Shown: piece by piece, positions 47,753 through 57,055 of the stretch | How the letters are laid out: every line of letters begins with the position of its first letter | Position numbering within the stretch: position 1 is the stretch's first letter | Virus record (IMG/VR): IMGVR_UViG_3300036770_004060 | Coordinates: 1,120-65,119 of that record | From: a virus | Reading direction: 5' to 3' (one strand) | Length of the DNA: 64,000 nucleotides | Made by a program: the position numbers and the translations under genes | The notes under the pieces: model-generated | What the model saw: the letters and a program-made list of their open reading frames with translations, nothing else | Told to the model about the DNA's origin: nothing | Database searches by the model: none

Positions 47753-48780
47753 TTTTAAAACAGGGGCATAGTATAGATTACTTGATGGGCGTAAAGTCAG
47801 GTAATATACAAATGGGGTTAGGCATAGAAAATAGGTTTTTAGATGAATATATCCGATTTAAACGTGGGCAAATAAACATGATTCTTGGATTTGATAATGT
47901 TGGTAAAAGTTATTGGTTTACTTGGTATGCTCTAGCTTTAAGTTCTCATCATAATTTGAAATGGTGCTTTTGGATGGGAGAAGATGAAGTAGGAGAAGTT
48001 ATGATTAATTTAATTCAGATGTATTCAGGAATAAAATACGATAACCTTTCAGAAAAAGAAATTACAAGGTACATGATGAAAATAGAACATTGGTTTGATT
48101 TTATAGATAATTCAAAAATATACACACCACAAGAATTATTATTAATTTTCAAAGAATCAGATGCTGATGGATTCTTTATAGACCCATACACAGGACTTAA
48201 AAGAGGCTATGGATTTTCAGATAATTATGATTTTCTGAATGAGGCAAGGGCATTTTGTAATCAAAACAGAAAAACACTTTACATTTCACTTCATCCATCA
48301 ACTGAAAGCGGAAGAAACACTGGGGTTCATCCAAAAGAACATAGCATGGCTGGACACATGAAACCACCAAAAAAAGCTGATGCAGAGGGAGGACAGTCAT
48401 TTGCGAATAGGGCAGATGATTTTTGGGTTATACACCGATACCCTCAACATGAAACACAGAACCATACCACCTATGTTCATGTCAAAAAAAATAAAAGAAA
48501 TAGAACTGGTGGAAAACCAACACTCATGGAGTTTCCTGTTTCTCTCGACTTTAACTACGGACTTGGATTTACAATTGGTGGGTATGACCCGATAAAAAGA
48601 AATGAAATATTAATTCAAAAACAAGAAAGTGAGCCAAAACAAGAATCAATAAACTTTTACGAACCAAAAGAAAAAGAAGAGGATATTGATTACACTAAAG
48701 AGATTAAATCATTAAAAACAAACGGATATGAAGAATATGAAGATTTTTTTAAAATGCCTGGTGGCGAACCACCATTCTAG
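47749..48780 (+). CDS. DnaB/RecA-fold replicative helicase
   Basis: Walker A ILGFDNVGKS, Walker B FFIDPY, HP, GGQSFANRAD, C-terminal EPPF. Confidence 0.8.
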   Translation: MILKQGHSIDYLMGVKSGNIQMGLGIENRFLDEYIRFKRGQINMILGFDNVGKSYWFTWYALALSSHHNLKWCFWMGEDEVGEVMINLIQMYSGIKYDNLSEKEITRYMMKIEHWFDFIDNSKIYTPQELLLIFKESDADGFFIDPYTGLKRGYGFSDNYDFLNEARAFCNQNRKTLYISLHPSTESGRNTGVHPKEHSMAGHMKPPKKADAEGGQSFANRADDFWVIHRYPQHETQNHTTYVHVKKNKRNRTGGKPTLMEFPVSLDFNYGLGFTIGGYDPIKRNEILIQKQESEPKQESINFYEPKEKEEDIDYTKEIKSLKTNGYEEYEDFFKMPGGEPPF

Positions 48781-48950
48781 GTTAAAGCTAACGTTATGCG
48801 TTTTAACGCACTATCTTTTGCTAACCTATACATTTATATTACTTTCGTGCGAAAGTTCGTCAGAATCCACAAGATATACAAATAAACGCATTAGAATAAA
48901 CATGACGGAAGAAGAAATGATTAAATTAGAAAAAATGGTAGAAATAAAAA

Positions 48951-49403
48951 ATGGATATGAATCTAAATAAACTAATAGAAAACACACTTACAGAAAAAGT
49001 TGTTTTATCCAGTCCTCAAATGGATTTAAGAGAGTACTGTTTTGAGGTATTTGAACTAACAAAAAAGATACCTTTTACGGGGTTAAAGTTTGATACTTCG
49101 TTAATAGATTTGGAATATAATATGTCTAAATATGCTTTAAATTTAGAAATTAATTTGTTTGAAAAAAGGTTGTTAATTTTAAAAAGTAAAGAGAACAGAA
49201 ACGATAGTTTAATAGAATCTTTTGAGGGAACAATAGGCTCTCTTAGGTATGTTTTAAATGTTTTAGTTAAAATAGAAGAAATGATGTTAGAGTATAGAAT
49301 TTCAAGACAAAGAAATGCTGACTTAGAGTTAATTAACTTAAAACTTTTAGACGAGAATAATAAACTTAAAGAATTAAATAAAAAAATACTAAACCAAATT
49401 TAA
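48951..49403 (+). CDS. hypothetical coiled-coil protein (150 aa)
   Basis: Follows the helicase. Confidence 0.6.
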   Translation: MDMNLNKLIENTLTEKVVLSSPQMDLREYCFEVFELTKKIPFTGLKFDTSLIDLEYNMSKYALNLEINLFEKRLLILKSKENRNDSLIESFEGTIGSLRYVLNVLVKIEEMMLEYRISRQRNADLELINLKLLDENNKLKELNKKILNQI

Positions 49404-49419
49404 AACAAAAAAATAAATT

Positions 49420-49899
49420 ATGAGAAAAGAAGAAAAAGAAATAATAGAAGCATCAAAAGAGTTTGCCAAATTACACAATATTCCATTTGATGAAAGGACA
49501 GAATTAATTTTGTTAAATGCTATTAGAACAGTAGGTGAACGTATCGAAGAATTAGAACATTCTAAATCCGATGAATCTTCGGGAGATATTGAATTTGAAT
49601 TTGAAAAATACGGTATTGGTGTTGAATATGAAAAAAGTATTTATAACATAACTCCTGACGAATTTAACGAACATGTAGACGGATTACTTAAAGAATCAGA
49701 CGAAAGAGAAGAAAGAAATTTTCAAGTTCTCATACACGAAAAGGCGAAGTATTTAGTTGATAGTTTTGGTAAAAATATCGCTACACTTATTTGTGAAGAA
49801 ATTATAAAACAATCTAACAGCAAGGGAGTACCAGTCCATTTGAATTTTGTGTTTTGGCATAGAGTTAGAGAAATTTGTTATAGCAATTTATCATTTTGA
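49420..49899 (+). CDS. hypothetical protein (159 aa)
   Basis: ATG ORF. Confidence 0.6.
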   Translation: MRKEEKEIIEASKEFAKLHNIPFDERTELILLNAIRTVGERIEELEHSKSDESSGDIEFEFEKYGIGVEYEKSIYNITPDEFNEHVDGLLKESDEREERNFQVLIHEKAKYLVDSFGKNIATLICEEIIKQSNSKGVPVHLNFVFWHRVREICYSNLSF

Positions 49900-49905
49900 T
49901 AAAAT

Positions 49906-50184
49906 ATGATAGGAGAAAAATTAAGCCCAATACTTTGTGAGATTGAGGACACTTTACTAGAATTTGAGGCTTCTAAAGCAGAAAAATCAAACTTTACAAA
50001 AGAAGCCTTTAGGGCATCAATAAAGATATTCACGTCTGCTATGATGGATAAGATGTGGGAGCTTCAAGAAAAAGAATTGATTGATACAGATGACAGGCTT
50101 AAAATGGCGATAGACGTTGGAGAAGAAATAAGACGATTAGTGAAAGTATATACCGATATTGATACACATAAAATTTACGAATGA
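49906..50184 (+). CDS. hypothetical protein (92 aa)
   Basis: ATG ORF. Confidence 0.6.
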   Translation: MIGEKLSPILCEIEDTLLEFEASKAEKSNFTKEAFRASIKIFTSAMMDKMWELQEKELIDTDDRLKMAIDVGEEIRRLVKVYTDIDTHKIYE

Positions 50185-50453
50185 CACAAAATAATCCTGA
50201 ACTTTTTATCGCAGACGTAGAGGTATCAGTTACCCTATCAACTAAACATAAAACAACATTATGTATGGAAAAAATACCAATACTACTACTAGACGGAAAG
50301 ATTCCAACTAAGGCGCAAGAACAAAAACTATTTAAAAAGTTTTACAGTAAGTTTCATATAAAAGAAAAGTTTGATAAGATTAAATTCTCAAATGTGAGAA
50401 TATATAATGTGAAATTTAGTAGTAAAATACAATACGATTTTAAATTCGACTAA
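50181..50453 (+). CDS. hypothetical protein (90 aa)
   Basis: ATGA overlap with the previous gene. Confidence 0.6.
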   Translation: MTQNNPELFIADVEVSVTLSTKHKTTLCMEKIPILLLDGKIPTKAQEQKLFKKFYSKFHIKEKFDKIKFSNVRIYNVKFSSKIQYDFKFD

Positions 50454-50807
50454 ATGAAAATAGACTTAAAAAATAGGTGTTACGCAATACCATTGGATGA
50501 TAGCGATTTGTTTAATTTCTTAATTAAGAACAACTTTAATTATCTAACAGGGAAGACTTATGTAGTTTCAAATATTTCGGATTCAACTTATGGAGTGGTA
50601 TATAATGTTGATGACAAATTGGTCTTTTGTAAACATAAGGCAATTGAAATAAACAAAAACGCAAAACCTCCAAAGGTTTGTACTAAAATTCAAAAAACCT
50701 GCAAAATTATTTCAAAGGAGGAATACGAAAAACATTTTAGAGCTTCCAATATAACTGAAATAACAATACTAGAAATGCAAGAAGAAAAGTTTTTGTTATC
50801 AAGATAA
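50454..50807 (+). CDS. hypothetical protein (117 aa)
   Basis: Abutting ATG ORF. Confidence 0.55.
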   Translation: MKIDLKNRCYAIPLDDSDLFNFLIKNNFNYLTGKTYVVSNISDSTYGVVYNVDDKLVFCKHKAIEINKNAKPPKVCTKIQKTCKIISKEEYEKHFRASNITEITILEMQEEKFLLSR

Positions 50808-50829
50808 ATTAAATTAATATTTTTGTTCA

Positions 50830-50855
50830 CTATTAGAAAATTATTATTATATTTG
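50830..50855 (+). promoter_or_regulatory. promoter with conserved spacer CTATTAGAAAATTATTATTATATTTG
   Basis: Copy of the motif at 21086 and 33194; heads the recombination genes. Confidence 0.65.
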
Positions 50856-50870
50856 TGTATAAGTTTTAAT

Positions 50871-51050
50871 ATGAAAAACATCGTAATAAAATATAATGAA
50901 GAATCAATTTTGTTTTTAAACAAAAAAAACATTTCTCATAAAATTGTAGCCATCAACGATATTAATAATACTAATTCAGTTTTTAATGGTATTTCAATCT
51001 TTTTTCAAAACGAGAAATTCCTTAATAAAATGTTAAAAAAACTAAAATAA
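50871..51050 (+). CDS. small hypothetical protein (59 aa)
   Basis: ATG 50871 preferred; the track's TTG start lies upstream of the promoter. Confidence 0.5.
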   Translation: MKNIVIKYNEESILFLNKKNISHKIVAINDINNTNSVFNGISIFFQNEKFLNKMLKKLK

Positions 51051-51176
51051 TAATGAAAAACAAATTTCAAAACGCTAGTCTAAATTTAACTTACGAGTTT
51101 GAAGATGGAAAAATCATTAATCCAATCAAAAGAAAACGAGTTAAAAAAGTAATAAGTGAAAAAATAATACCTAGAA

Positions 51177-51815
51177 ATGGAAAAGAAAGAACCAATTAGT
51201 AATTTAACTAAGGCAGTACTAAAAGTAATGCAAGAAGTAAAAGGAATTGATAAAACATTAAGTGTCGGAACAGGAATATCCGCATACAAGGGGGTGGCAG
51301 ACAAAGATGTTAAAAAAATCATTGGTGAATCCATGCAAAAAAACGGACTTGTACTATTTCCTATTGATATTGATGCTAAATGTAAGATTGACAGATGGGA
51401 TGAAACTAATCAGTACGGAACAAAATCAAAACAATCAGTATTTACAGAGGTTAATACTAAATATTTATTAGCCCATGAGAGTGGTGAAAGTATCACTTTA
51501 AGCGGGTACGGTCAAGGTGTTGATACACAGGATAAAAGCGCAGGAAAGGCAACTACATATGCTTTAAAATACCTAATGCTTTACACTTTCCTTGTTCCTA
51601 CTGGATCTATTGATGATGCAGATAATGACCACTCTGATAATAAAGAAGTTCCTAAAATAACCAAACCAAAAGAAAAACTAGAAGTTGGCAGTAGTAAATT
51701 TATTGCTATAGTTAACGGAATAATTGAAGATAAAACAACACTAGATTTTATTTGTGATAAGTATGATGTTAGTGAGGAAGTTAAGAAAACATTAATTGAA
51801 AAAACTAAAAAATAA
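51177..51815 (+). CDS. ERF-family ssDNA annealing protein
   Basis: YKGVADKDV...NGLVLFP...HESGESI...GQGVDTQDKSAGKATTYALKYLMLYTF...DDAD. Confidence 0.85.
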   Translation: MEKKEPISNLTKAVLKVMQEVKGIDKTLSVGTGISAYKGVADKDVKKIIGESMQKNGLVLFPIDIDAKCKIDRWDETNQYGTKSKQSVFTEVNTKYLLAHESGESITLSGYGQGVDTQDKSAGKATTYALKYLMLYTFLVPTGSIDDADNDHSDNKEVPKITKPKEKLEVGSSKFIAIVNGIIEDKTTLDFICDKYDVSEEVKKTLIEKTKK

Positions 51816-51819
51816 TATT

Positions 51820-52338
51820 ATGGAAGATAACTACAAAAACTTGGATATTGATAGATATATGCAAGAAATAGAAATGTACGAGGTATCACAGAATGAACCA
51901 AATCCTTTTCATAACCATATTATGAAACAATCAACTATTGATGAAGTTGAGAGGCAACTAGACTTTGTTGTTAAATCTGTTAGCAATGGAGAATATGACC
52001 CACTAGAGGCTTTTGGGGTATTAAAAAAGATAGAAACACTACTTGGTAATTCTATAGATAAGATAAAGGATTTAGCCATAGAAGAAGCTTCTAAATACGA
52101 AAGCACATTTGAGGTTTCTGGAATTAAGTTTGAAAAGAGAGTAGGTTCAAAAAGGTTTAACTTTAAAATGATTGATGAGTGGGTAGATGCAAAGAATAAA
52201 CTATCAGAAATTGAAGAAAAGTATAAACAGGCTTATTTTTCTAAACAACAAGGATTATTGGCTGTAACAGATGATGGAGAGGAACTTGTTCTGCCCACAA
52301 TAGAGTACTCAAAAGATTCTTTAATTGTTAAGAAATAA
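51820..52338 (+). CDS. recombination-associated hypothetical protein
   Basis: Directly after ERF; ATG 51820 preferred. Confidence 0.55.
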   Translation: MEDNYKNLDIDRYMQEIEMYEVSQNEPNPFHNHIMKQSTIDEVERQLDFVVKSVSNGEYDPLEAFGVLKKIETLLGNSIDKIKDLAIEEASKYESTFEVSGIKFEKRVGSKRFNFKMIDEWVDAKNKLSEIEEKYKQAYFSKQQGLLAVTDDGEELVLPTIEYSKDSLIVKK

Positions 52339-52733
52339 TGTTTAAGCCAATTAAACGTTCTAAATACGGAAACAAAAAAGTAGTAAGCGGGAATGATACG
52401 TTTGACAGTAAAAAAGAGTTTAAACGATACAATGAACTTGTTTTTATGCAACAAAAAGGAATGATTTCAAATCTTCAGAAACAGGTTAAATTTGAGTTAA
52501 TCCCTGCCATGTATGAGGAGGTTGAAGTTGCTCTTAAAACTAAAACTAAAATAGTTAAAAAATCTATTCAGATGTCTATTAACTATGTGGCTGATTTTGT
52601 ATATGACGATACTAATGGCAATAGAGTTGTAGAAGACGTTAAAGCATCAAAGATATTCCAAGATGGTGTTTATAAAATAAAGAAAAAGCTAATGAGATAT
52701 ATTCACGGAATTGAAATAAAAGAAATATTATAA
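52338..52733 (+). CDS. DUF1064 family PD-(D/E)XK endonuclease
   Basis: SKYGNKKV....FDSKKE..RY.EL....G.I..L..QV.FEL...YVADFVY...VVEDVK...Y.IKKKLM. Confidence 0.85.
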   Translation: MFKPIKRSKYGNKKVVSGNDTFDSKKEFKRYNELVFMQQKGMISNLQKQVKFELIPAMYEEVEVALKTKTKIVKKSIQMSINYVADFVYDDTNGNRVVEDVKASKIFQDGVYKIKKKLMRYIHGIEIKEIL

Positions 52734-52772
52734 ACTACCCACTCACGCTAAAAAGCGATTAGATAAAATATT
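52731..52772 (-). mobile_element. solo remnant of an IS200/IS605 right end
   Basis: TAAACTACCCACTCACGCTAAAAAGCGAT is 27/29 identical to 53863-53891. Confidence 0.75.
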
Positions 52773-53009
52773 ATGATAGTAGAAATAAAAGTTCTTGAAA
52801 TCCCAAGTGCGGATAATAAGATATTAGATAACAAAATGTTAATTGATAGTAATTTGATTGAAGCAATAGTTCCGGTCATCGATGTTAGGACAGAAAAATA
52901 TTTGTTTACCGCAATATACATTATGGGAAAAGACAAACCTATCCAGTCAACTATGCCTTTTGAATTTGTAGAGAAAATATTTCGTGATTCGAGAAGTGAA
53001 AAAAATTGA
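52773..53009 (+). CDS. hypothetical protein (78 aa)
   Basis: ATG ORF. Confidence 0.55.
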   Translation: MIVEIKVLEIPSADNKILDNKMLIDSNLIEAIVPVIDVRTEKYLFTAIYIMGKDKPIQSTMPFEFVEKIFRDSRSEKN

Positions 53010-53430
53010 AATAATATCTAGGGTGGAAAATGGGAAGATTGTTCGTAATAGAACCCTTGTCGTTAACGCCTTAAATTCGTTTCAAAATTCAGATATTGTG
53101 ATAACCATTCAAAAACAAAAGATTAAGCGTACAAATAACCAAAATCACTATTATTTTGGCGTGATTATCCCATTAGTTCAAGATGGTCTCAAAGATATTA
53201 CAGGAGAAATATACACAAAAGAAGAAACACATACATTTCTTAAATCACAGTTTAACTTTAGTGAACTTGTTAACGAAAAAACAGGAGAAATAGTTAAAAT
53301 ACCAAAATCCACAACTGATAATACAACAACAGAAATGGAAGTTTACCATGAGCAAATAAGAAATTTTGCACAAGAATTTTTAAATATTAAAATACCTTTG
53401 CCTTTGGAAAATTTAAAACTAGAATTATGA
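52984..53430 (+). CDS. NinB-like recombination protein
   Basis: RTNNQNHYYFG...H.FLK...STT....EM..Y.EQI...I.IP.P; exact start uncertain. Confidence 0.65.
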   Translation: MIREVKKIEIISRVENGKIVRNRTLVVNALNSFQNSDIVITIQKQKIKRTNNQNHYYFGVIIPLVQDGLKDITGEIYTKEETHTFLKSQFNFSELVNEKTGEIVKIPKSTTDNTTTEMEVYHEQIRNFAQEFLNIKIPLPLENLKLEL

Positions 53431-53858
53431 CACATTTTAACATAATAGAATTAGATGAACTGATAAAGGAAGTTGTATTTGATTATTTAAGAATATCTTC
53501 TAAAAATAATAATTTAAAGATTGATGAAATAATTAATACAATAAACGAATCTATTAGTGAAAAACATGGTAAGTTGCACATATCAAAACCTTTGAATGTG
53601 GTTGATTTAATAGAACAAAAAGAAGAAAGATTAGCCTATTTTAACTATTATCTAAAAAAATGTGAATACACTGAATCACAAAAAGAAATGAAAGTTTTAC
53701 TTTTAGAGTCGGTAGATTATTGTTGTAGATACTTTACTGGAGACCCCCCTTTTAAAGATTCATTTTCAGAATTTTTAAACATTAATTTCTTTTCTATATT
53801 TATGTGTGCTGCTAGGTTTCATCTGTATATGCTAGAAAAAAATACTATACGACAATAG
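53427..53858 (+). CDS. hypothetical protein (143 aa)
   Basis: ATGA overlap with the previous gene. Confidence 0.55.
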   Translation: MTHFNIIELDELIKEVVFDYLRISSKNNNLKIDEIINTINESISEKHGKLHISKPLNVVDLIEQKEERLAYFNYYLKKCEYTESQKEMKVLLLESVDYCCRYFTGDPPFKDSFSEFLNINFFSIFMCAARFHLYMLEKNTIRQ

Positions 53859-53861
53859 AAA

Positions 53862-54129
53862 GTAAACTACCCATCCACGCTAAAAAGCGATGGGATGGGC
53901 TTTAAACCTGACAACGAATGCAAAGAGCAATACATAGTCGATTTTTCGGGCGTATTTACAGCGACACCCCATGCAGCAATGTTGTGAGCGGCATTCACAT
54001 CCGCATCAGCAATATTACCACAATTTGTACAGGCAAACTTCTTGCCTTTTTTGTTAAACAATTTAAAGCGTGGCAGTCGCATTCCTCCCAACCACCCTAC
54101 GGGATAGTTGGGTTTCCTGCTACAATTTT
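53862..54129 (-). mobile_element. internally deleted non-autonomous IS200/IS605 (tnpB-type) element, about 270 bp
   Basis: Right-end hairpin 53870-53899 ending GGGTAGTTTAC on the minus strand; left-end hairpin CCCAAC/GTTGGG 54087-54112 within the CAGGAAACCC...GGGAGGAATGCG context; contains the tnpB 3' end. Confidence 0.8.
53867..54091 (-). pseudogene. tnpB: C-terminal tnpB fragment
   Basis: FACTNCG..ADADVNAAHNI = second CxxC of the Zn finger plus RuvC-III; RuvC-I/II absent. Confidence 0.85.
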
Positions 54130-54873
54130 ATGAATCACATTAAAGACGTTATCCTTAACAAATTTCCAATAGAGTTTAAAGAAGATACTCACCAGTATTT
54201 TGTTAATGGAGAGGAATACACAAGCGTTAGTAAGATACTTGAAACACTTACTCCAAAGTTTGACGATATTACAATGAGCGAGAAGTGTAGCATTAATAAG
54301 AAACACGAACACTTTGGAAAGACACCTGATGAAATATTAGAAATTTGGAAAGAAAAAAATAAAGTAGCCTGTGAAAATGGTAGTAAGTTTCACGATAATG
54401 TGCAAATGTTTTTAGAAGATAAAAAAGATGAAATTGAATATGAATATTTCTTTGATTCTTTATTTAGTCAATTTATGATATTCCATAATGATATAATTGT
54501 GAAAAATAAATTAGACATTGTAGGACTAGAACTTAAAGTTGCTAGCCCTACATTTAAGGTTTGCGGTACTTTTGATGCTCTTTTTAAATATAATGGGAAC
54601 TTGTTTATATTCGATTGGAAAACAAACAGTAAATTTGACACAAGTAGCAAATACAAGTTAAATAGACCGTATTCAAAGTATGACAAGTCTAAACTTACAT
54701 ACTATACATTTCAAGTATTTATTTACAAATGGATTTTAGAAAACGAATACCAAATAAACATATCAGACTGTAGAATAGTTTGGTTTAATGAAAACGGTTA
54801 CGAGATATACAAACCGAAATTTGAATACGAAGAACAGTTCATCAAAAGACTACTTAAAAACTGTACGAAATGA
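54130..54873 (+). CDS. PD-(D/E)XK (Cas4/RecB-like) exonuclease, 247 aa
   Basis: HQY...SVSKIL...GSKFH...E...CGTFDALF...FDWKT...YTFQVFIY; ATG 54130 preferred because the track's GTG start is inside the IS end. Confidence 0.85.
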   Translation: MNHIKDVILNKFPIEFKEDTHQYFVNGEEYTSVSKILETLTPKFDDITMSEKCSINKKHEHFGKTPDEILEIWKEKNKVACENGSKFHDNVQMFLEDKKDEIEYEYFFDSLFSQFMIFHNDIIVKNKLDIVGLELKVASPTFKVCGTFDALFKYNGNLFIFDWKTNSKFDTSSKYKLNRPYSKYDKSKLTYYTFQVFIYKWILENEYQINISDCRIVWFNENGYEIYKPKFEYEEQFIKRLLKNCTK

Positions 54874-55343
54874 GCAAAACTATTTTATTTAGCAGGTATT
54901 TTCCAAAAGGACACCCAAAAGAGGGTAAAGAAACTGAATTTATAGAGAAAATTTGGGAAAATAATTTTGTTGAAAGGACAAACGAAGTGTTACTTAAACT
55001 TGAGTTTTTAAACTTCACAAGACATGAGTTTAAACCTAAAGTACATACAATTAGAAATGGAAATAGATGGGAGGCTGGGGATAAGTTTAGCCCTAGAGTG
55101 TGGTCAGGAAAACCATACTGCTCTAAACAAATAACTATTTGTGGAGATTTAGAAGTTAAAAAAGTTTATAACTTTTGTGTTGACGAATATAATGATTGGT
55201 ATATAAATAATAGGAAGTTAGGAAGCATTGAAAGAATTGATTTGGCAATTAATGATGGATTGTTGTACGAAGATATGTTGTCATGGTTCAGCAAACCTTT
55301 TCTTGGTCAGATTATTTGTTGGTCTAATGATGTGAACTACTGA
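54870..55343 (+). CDS. ASCH/PUA-like domain protein (157 aa)
   Basis: KVHTIR.GNRWEAGD.....WSGKPYCSKQ...LAINDGL...D...WF. Confidence 0.6.
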   Translation: MSKTILFSRYFPKGHPKEGKETEFIEKIWENNFVERTNEVLLKLEFLNFTRHEFKPKVHTIRNGNRWEAGDKFSPRVWSGKPYCSKQITICGDLEVKKVYNFCVDEYNDWYINNRKLGSIERIDLAINDGLLYEDMLSWFSKPFLGQIICWSNDVNY

Positions 55344-55346
55344 AAT

Positions 55347-55538
55347 ATGGAAATGTTAAAAACTGAATACACAATTAAACATAATCTTACTCCAAAAGAG
55401 TGTGTTAGATATTTTAAACCTGATTGGGATGATAAAATGTGTGATACATATCTTTGGGAAAATACGTGTTTTCCTATGTCTATTGAGGCAACAATAGAAC
55501 AACTAAACAAACAATTCATTAAAAACAAAAAATTATGA
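55347..55538 (+). CDS. hypothetical protein (63 aa)
   Basis: ATG ORF. Confidence 0.55.
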   Translation: MEMLKTEYTIKHNLTPKECVRYFKPDWDDKMCDTYLWENTCFPMSIEATIEQLNKQFIKNKKL

Positions 55539-55816
55539 GTATAATAGGAGCAATTGCATATTTAATAACCATTGTATTGGTTAATATCAATAATATTAGA
55601 TTATCAAAAAGAGTTAGAGAACTTGAAAAAGAAAATACTATAATACATGATAGCGTTGATAAAACATTTGAATACCTAAGAAATTGTATAGTGATAGATA
55701 AGGAACTTAGAATAGTTGTTATTGATTCGGTAATAAAAGATTTAGTAGAAAAAGAATGTTTTGAGCTTGCTTCATTGTGGGAAGAAAAGAAAAACGAAAT
55801 ATTAAATCATGTTTAA
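55535..55816 (+). CDS. hypothetical protein with N-terminal transmembrane helix (93 aa)
   Basis: MSIIGAIAYLITIVLV followed by a coiled coil; C-terminal E.FELAS. Confidence 0.6.
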   Translation: MSIIGAIAYLITIVLVNINNIRLSKRVRELEKENTIIHDSVDKTFEYLRNCIVIDKELRIVVIDSVIKDLVEKECFELASLWEEKKNEILNHV

Positions 55817-56219
55817 AACGAACATAAGCATATTAAGAAGTAAAACCTATAACGACTATAGAAACCAGCCTATAATGAGAGGAGAATGTATTATAGAAAG
55901 GGTTGAATATGAGATAGCTTTATGGTTAAAGAATACGGAAAAAGGAAAATATTTTAGTGGAGTAATTAAAAACGATGAAGTTTCGGGAAAGATATACCTA
56001 TATGAAAACAAGTTTAAAAGCAAACATGATATGTACGGAAAAGCCTTAATTGGAGAGGACAAATACAGGATAAATCTTTTATTATTTGGCAACACCTTAA
56101 AAGGGCAGATAGAGTATGACGATTCGGTTAAGTTCAAGGAACTTGAAGAAGCGAAAGAGAATAGAATAAACAAAGAAAAATCTTTAAGAGAAAGAATTAA
56201 TGAAGCTAATGAACTATAA
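55809..56219 (+). CDS. possible DUF736-like nucleic-acid-binding protein (136 aa)
   Basis: P..RG...I...EY.IALW.K....GKYFSG, apparently duplicated. Confidence 0.4.
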   Translation: MFKTNISILRSKTYNDYRNQPIMRGECIIERVEYEIALWLKNTEKGKYFSGVIKNDEVSGKIYLYENKFKSKHDMYGKALIGEDKYRINLLLFGNTLKGQIEYDDSVKFKELEEAKENRINKEKSLRERINEANEL

Positions 56220-56221
56220 TT

Positions 56222-56511
56222 ATGGAATACCAAGAATACATTGATTTAGGATTCACAAGAACAGAAATGAATTGTGAATTGGAATTTAGGGAAACTGGAT
56301 ATTACGGATTTGCTTTAGAAAAAAGATAGGCAAAAGACAATCTGTTAGTGTGTCAAGCGGAGAACTTGATAAACCTAAATTATACATTAAGAAACGAAAC
56401 AGCGAAACTTATCATATAATACCAATTTCAACAGAAGTAGTTATTGATTTGTTTAGTGATGGTGAGCATCAATTTTGGAATGTTGAATATGAACGATTTA
56501 ATAAACAATAA
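56222..56511 (+). pseudogene. frameshifted hypothetical gene (about 96 aa if one A is added)
   Basis: MEYQEYIDLGF... stops at TAG 56327 right after the A6 run at 56319-56324; the -1 frame continues (KIGKRQSVSV...LDKPKLYIKK) to TAA 56511. Confidence 0.65.
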
Positions 56512-56513
56512 TT

Positions 56514-56678
56514 ATGATGGTAAAAATAATATTAGGATTAATACTTGTGGCAATAAACGTTTTGTTAGCATATTGGATGTATGATATAGGAAATTATAAA
56601 ACAGCAATGTTTAATTCGTTTGTGGCAGGTTTTATGAGTTACGTTTTATTAACAGAGTTGGTAAACTATGGATATTAA
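56514..56678 (+). CDS. small membrane protein (54 aa, not in ORF track)
   Basis: MMVKIILGLILVAINVLLAYWM...; two hydrophobic segments. Confidence 0.5.
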   Translation: MMVKIILGLILVAINVLLAYWMYDIGNYKTAMFNSFVAGFMSYVLLTELVNYGY

Positions 56679-57045
56679 CGCTTGTATTTTTACTGGACAC
56701 ATTAACAGACTTCCTGAAATCAGATTGAAGTATGACGGAATGGAATACGCTACTTTTATTATAGCTGTTAATGAAGCCTTTAAATCTGCTAAAACAGGAG
56801 AGTTTATACAGAAAACCTTTTGGCTTAGGTGTGTGGTTTTTACAACACATATCGTTCAAAATGTGAAAAGACTTAATAAGGGCAGTAAAGTAGAAGTACA
56901 TGGTAGGTTAAGCATACGAGAAATAACAGATAAAAATATGCTTGTTCAACACGAAACCTCACTAATGGTTCATAAATTGGTTTACCACCCAAGGATTATT
57001 TATGATAAACCAATAGAGATAACAGACGGAAACCCCAAATGTTAA
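56668..57045 (+). CDS. ssb: single-stranded DNA-binding protein lacking the acidic tail
   Basis: N..IFTG.I...PE.R....G...ATF.IAVN...T.W.RCV.F...LNKGS.V.V.GRL..RE. Confidence 0.8.
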   Translation: MDINACIFTGHINRLPEIRLKYDGMEYATFIIAVNEAFKSAKTGEFIQKTFWLRCVVFTTHIVQNVKRLNKGSKVEVHGRLSIREITDKNMLVQHETSLMVHKLVYHPRIIYDKPIEITDGNPKC

Positions 57046-57055
57046 ATATAAAATT

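Noticed and set aside
53867-54091. Functional TnpB/Cas12-like nuclease
   Set aside because: Only the Zn-finger half and RuvC-III remain; no RuvC-I/II, WED or REC domains.
56316-56329. Programmed -1 ribosomal frameshift
   Set aside because: The A-AAA-AAG heptamer is not aligned to the zero frame and no stimulatory structure was seen; an indel is more likely.
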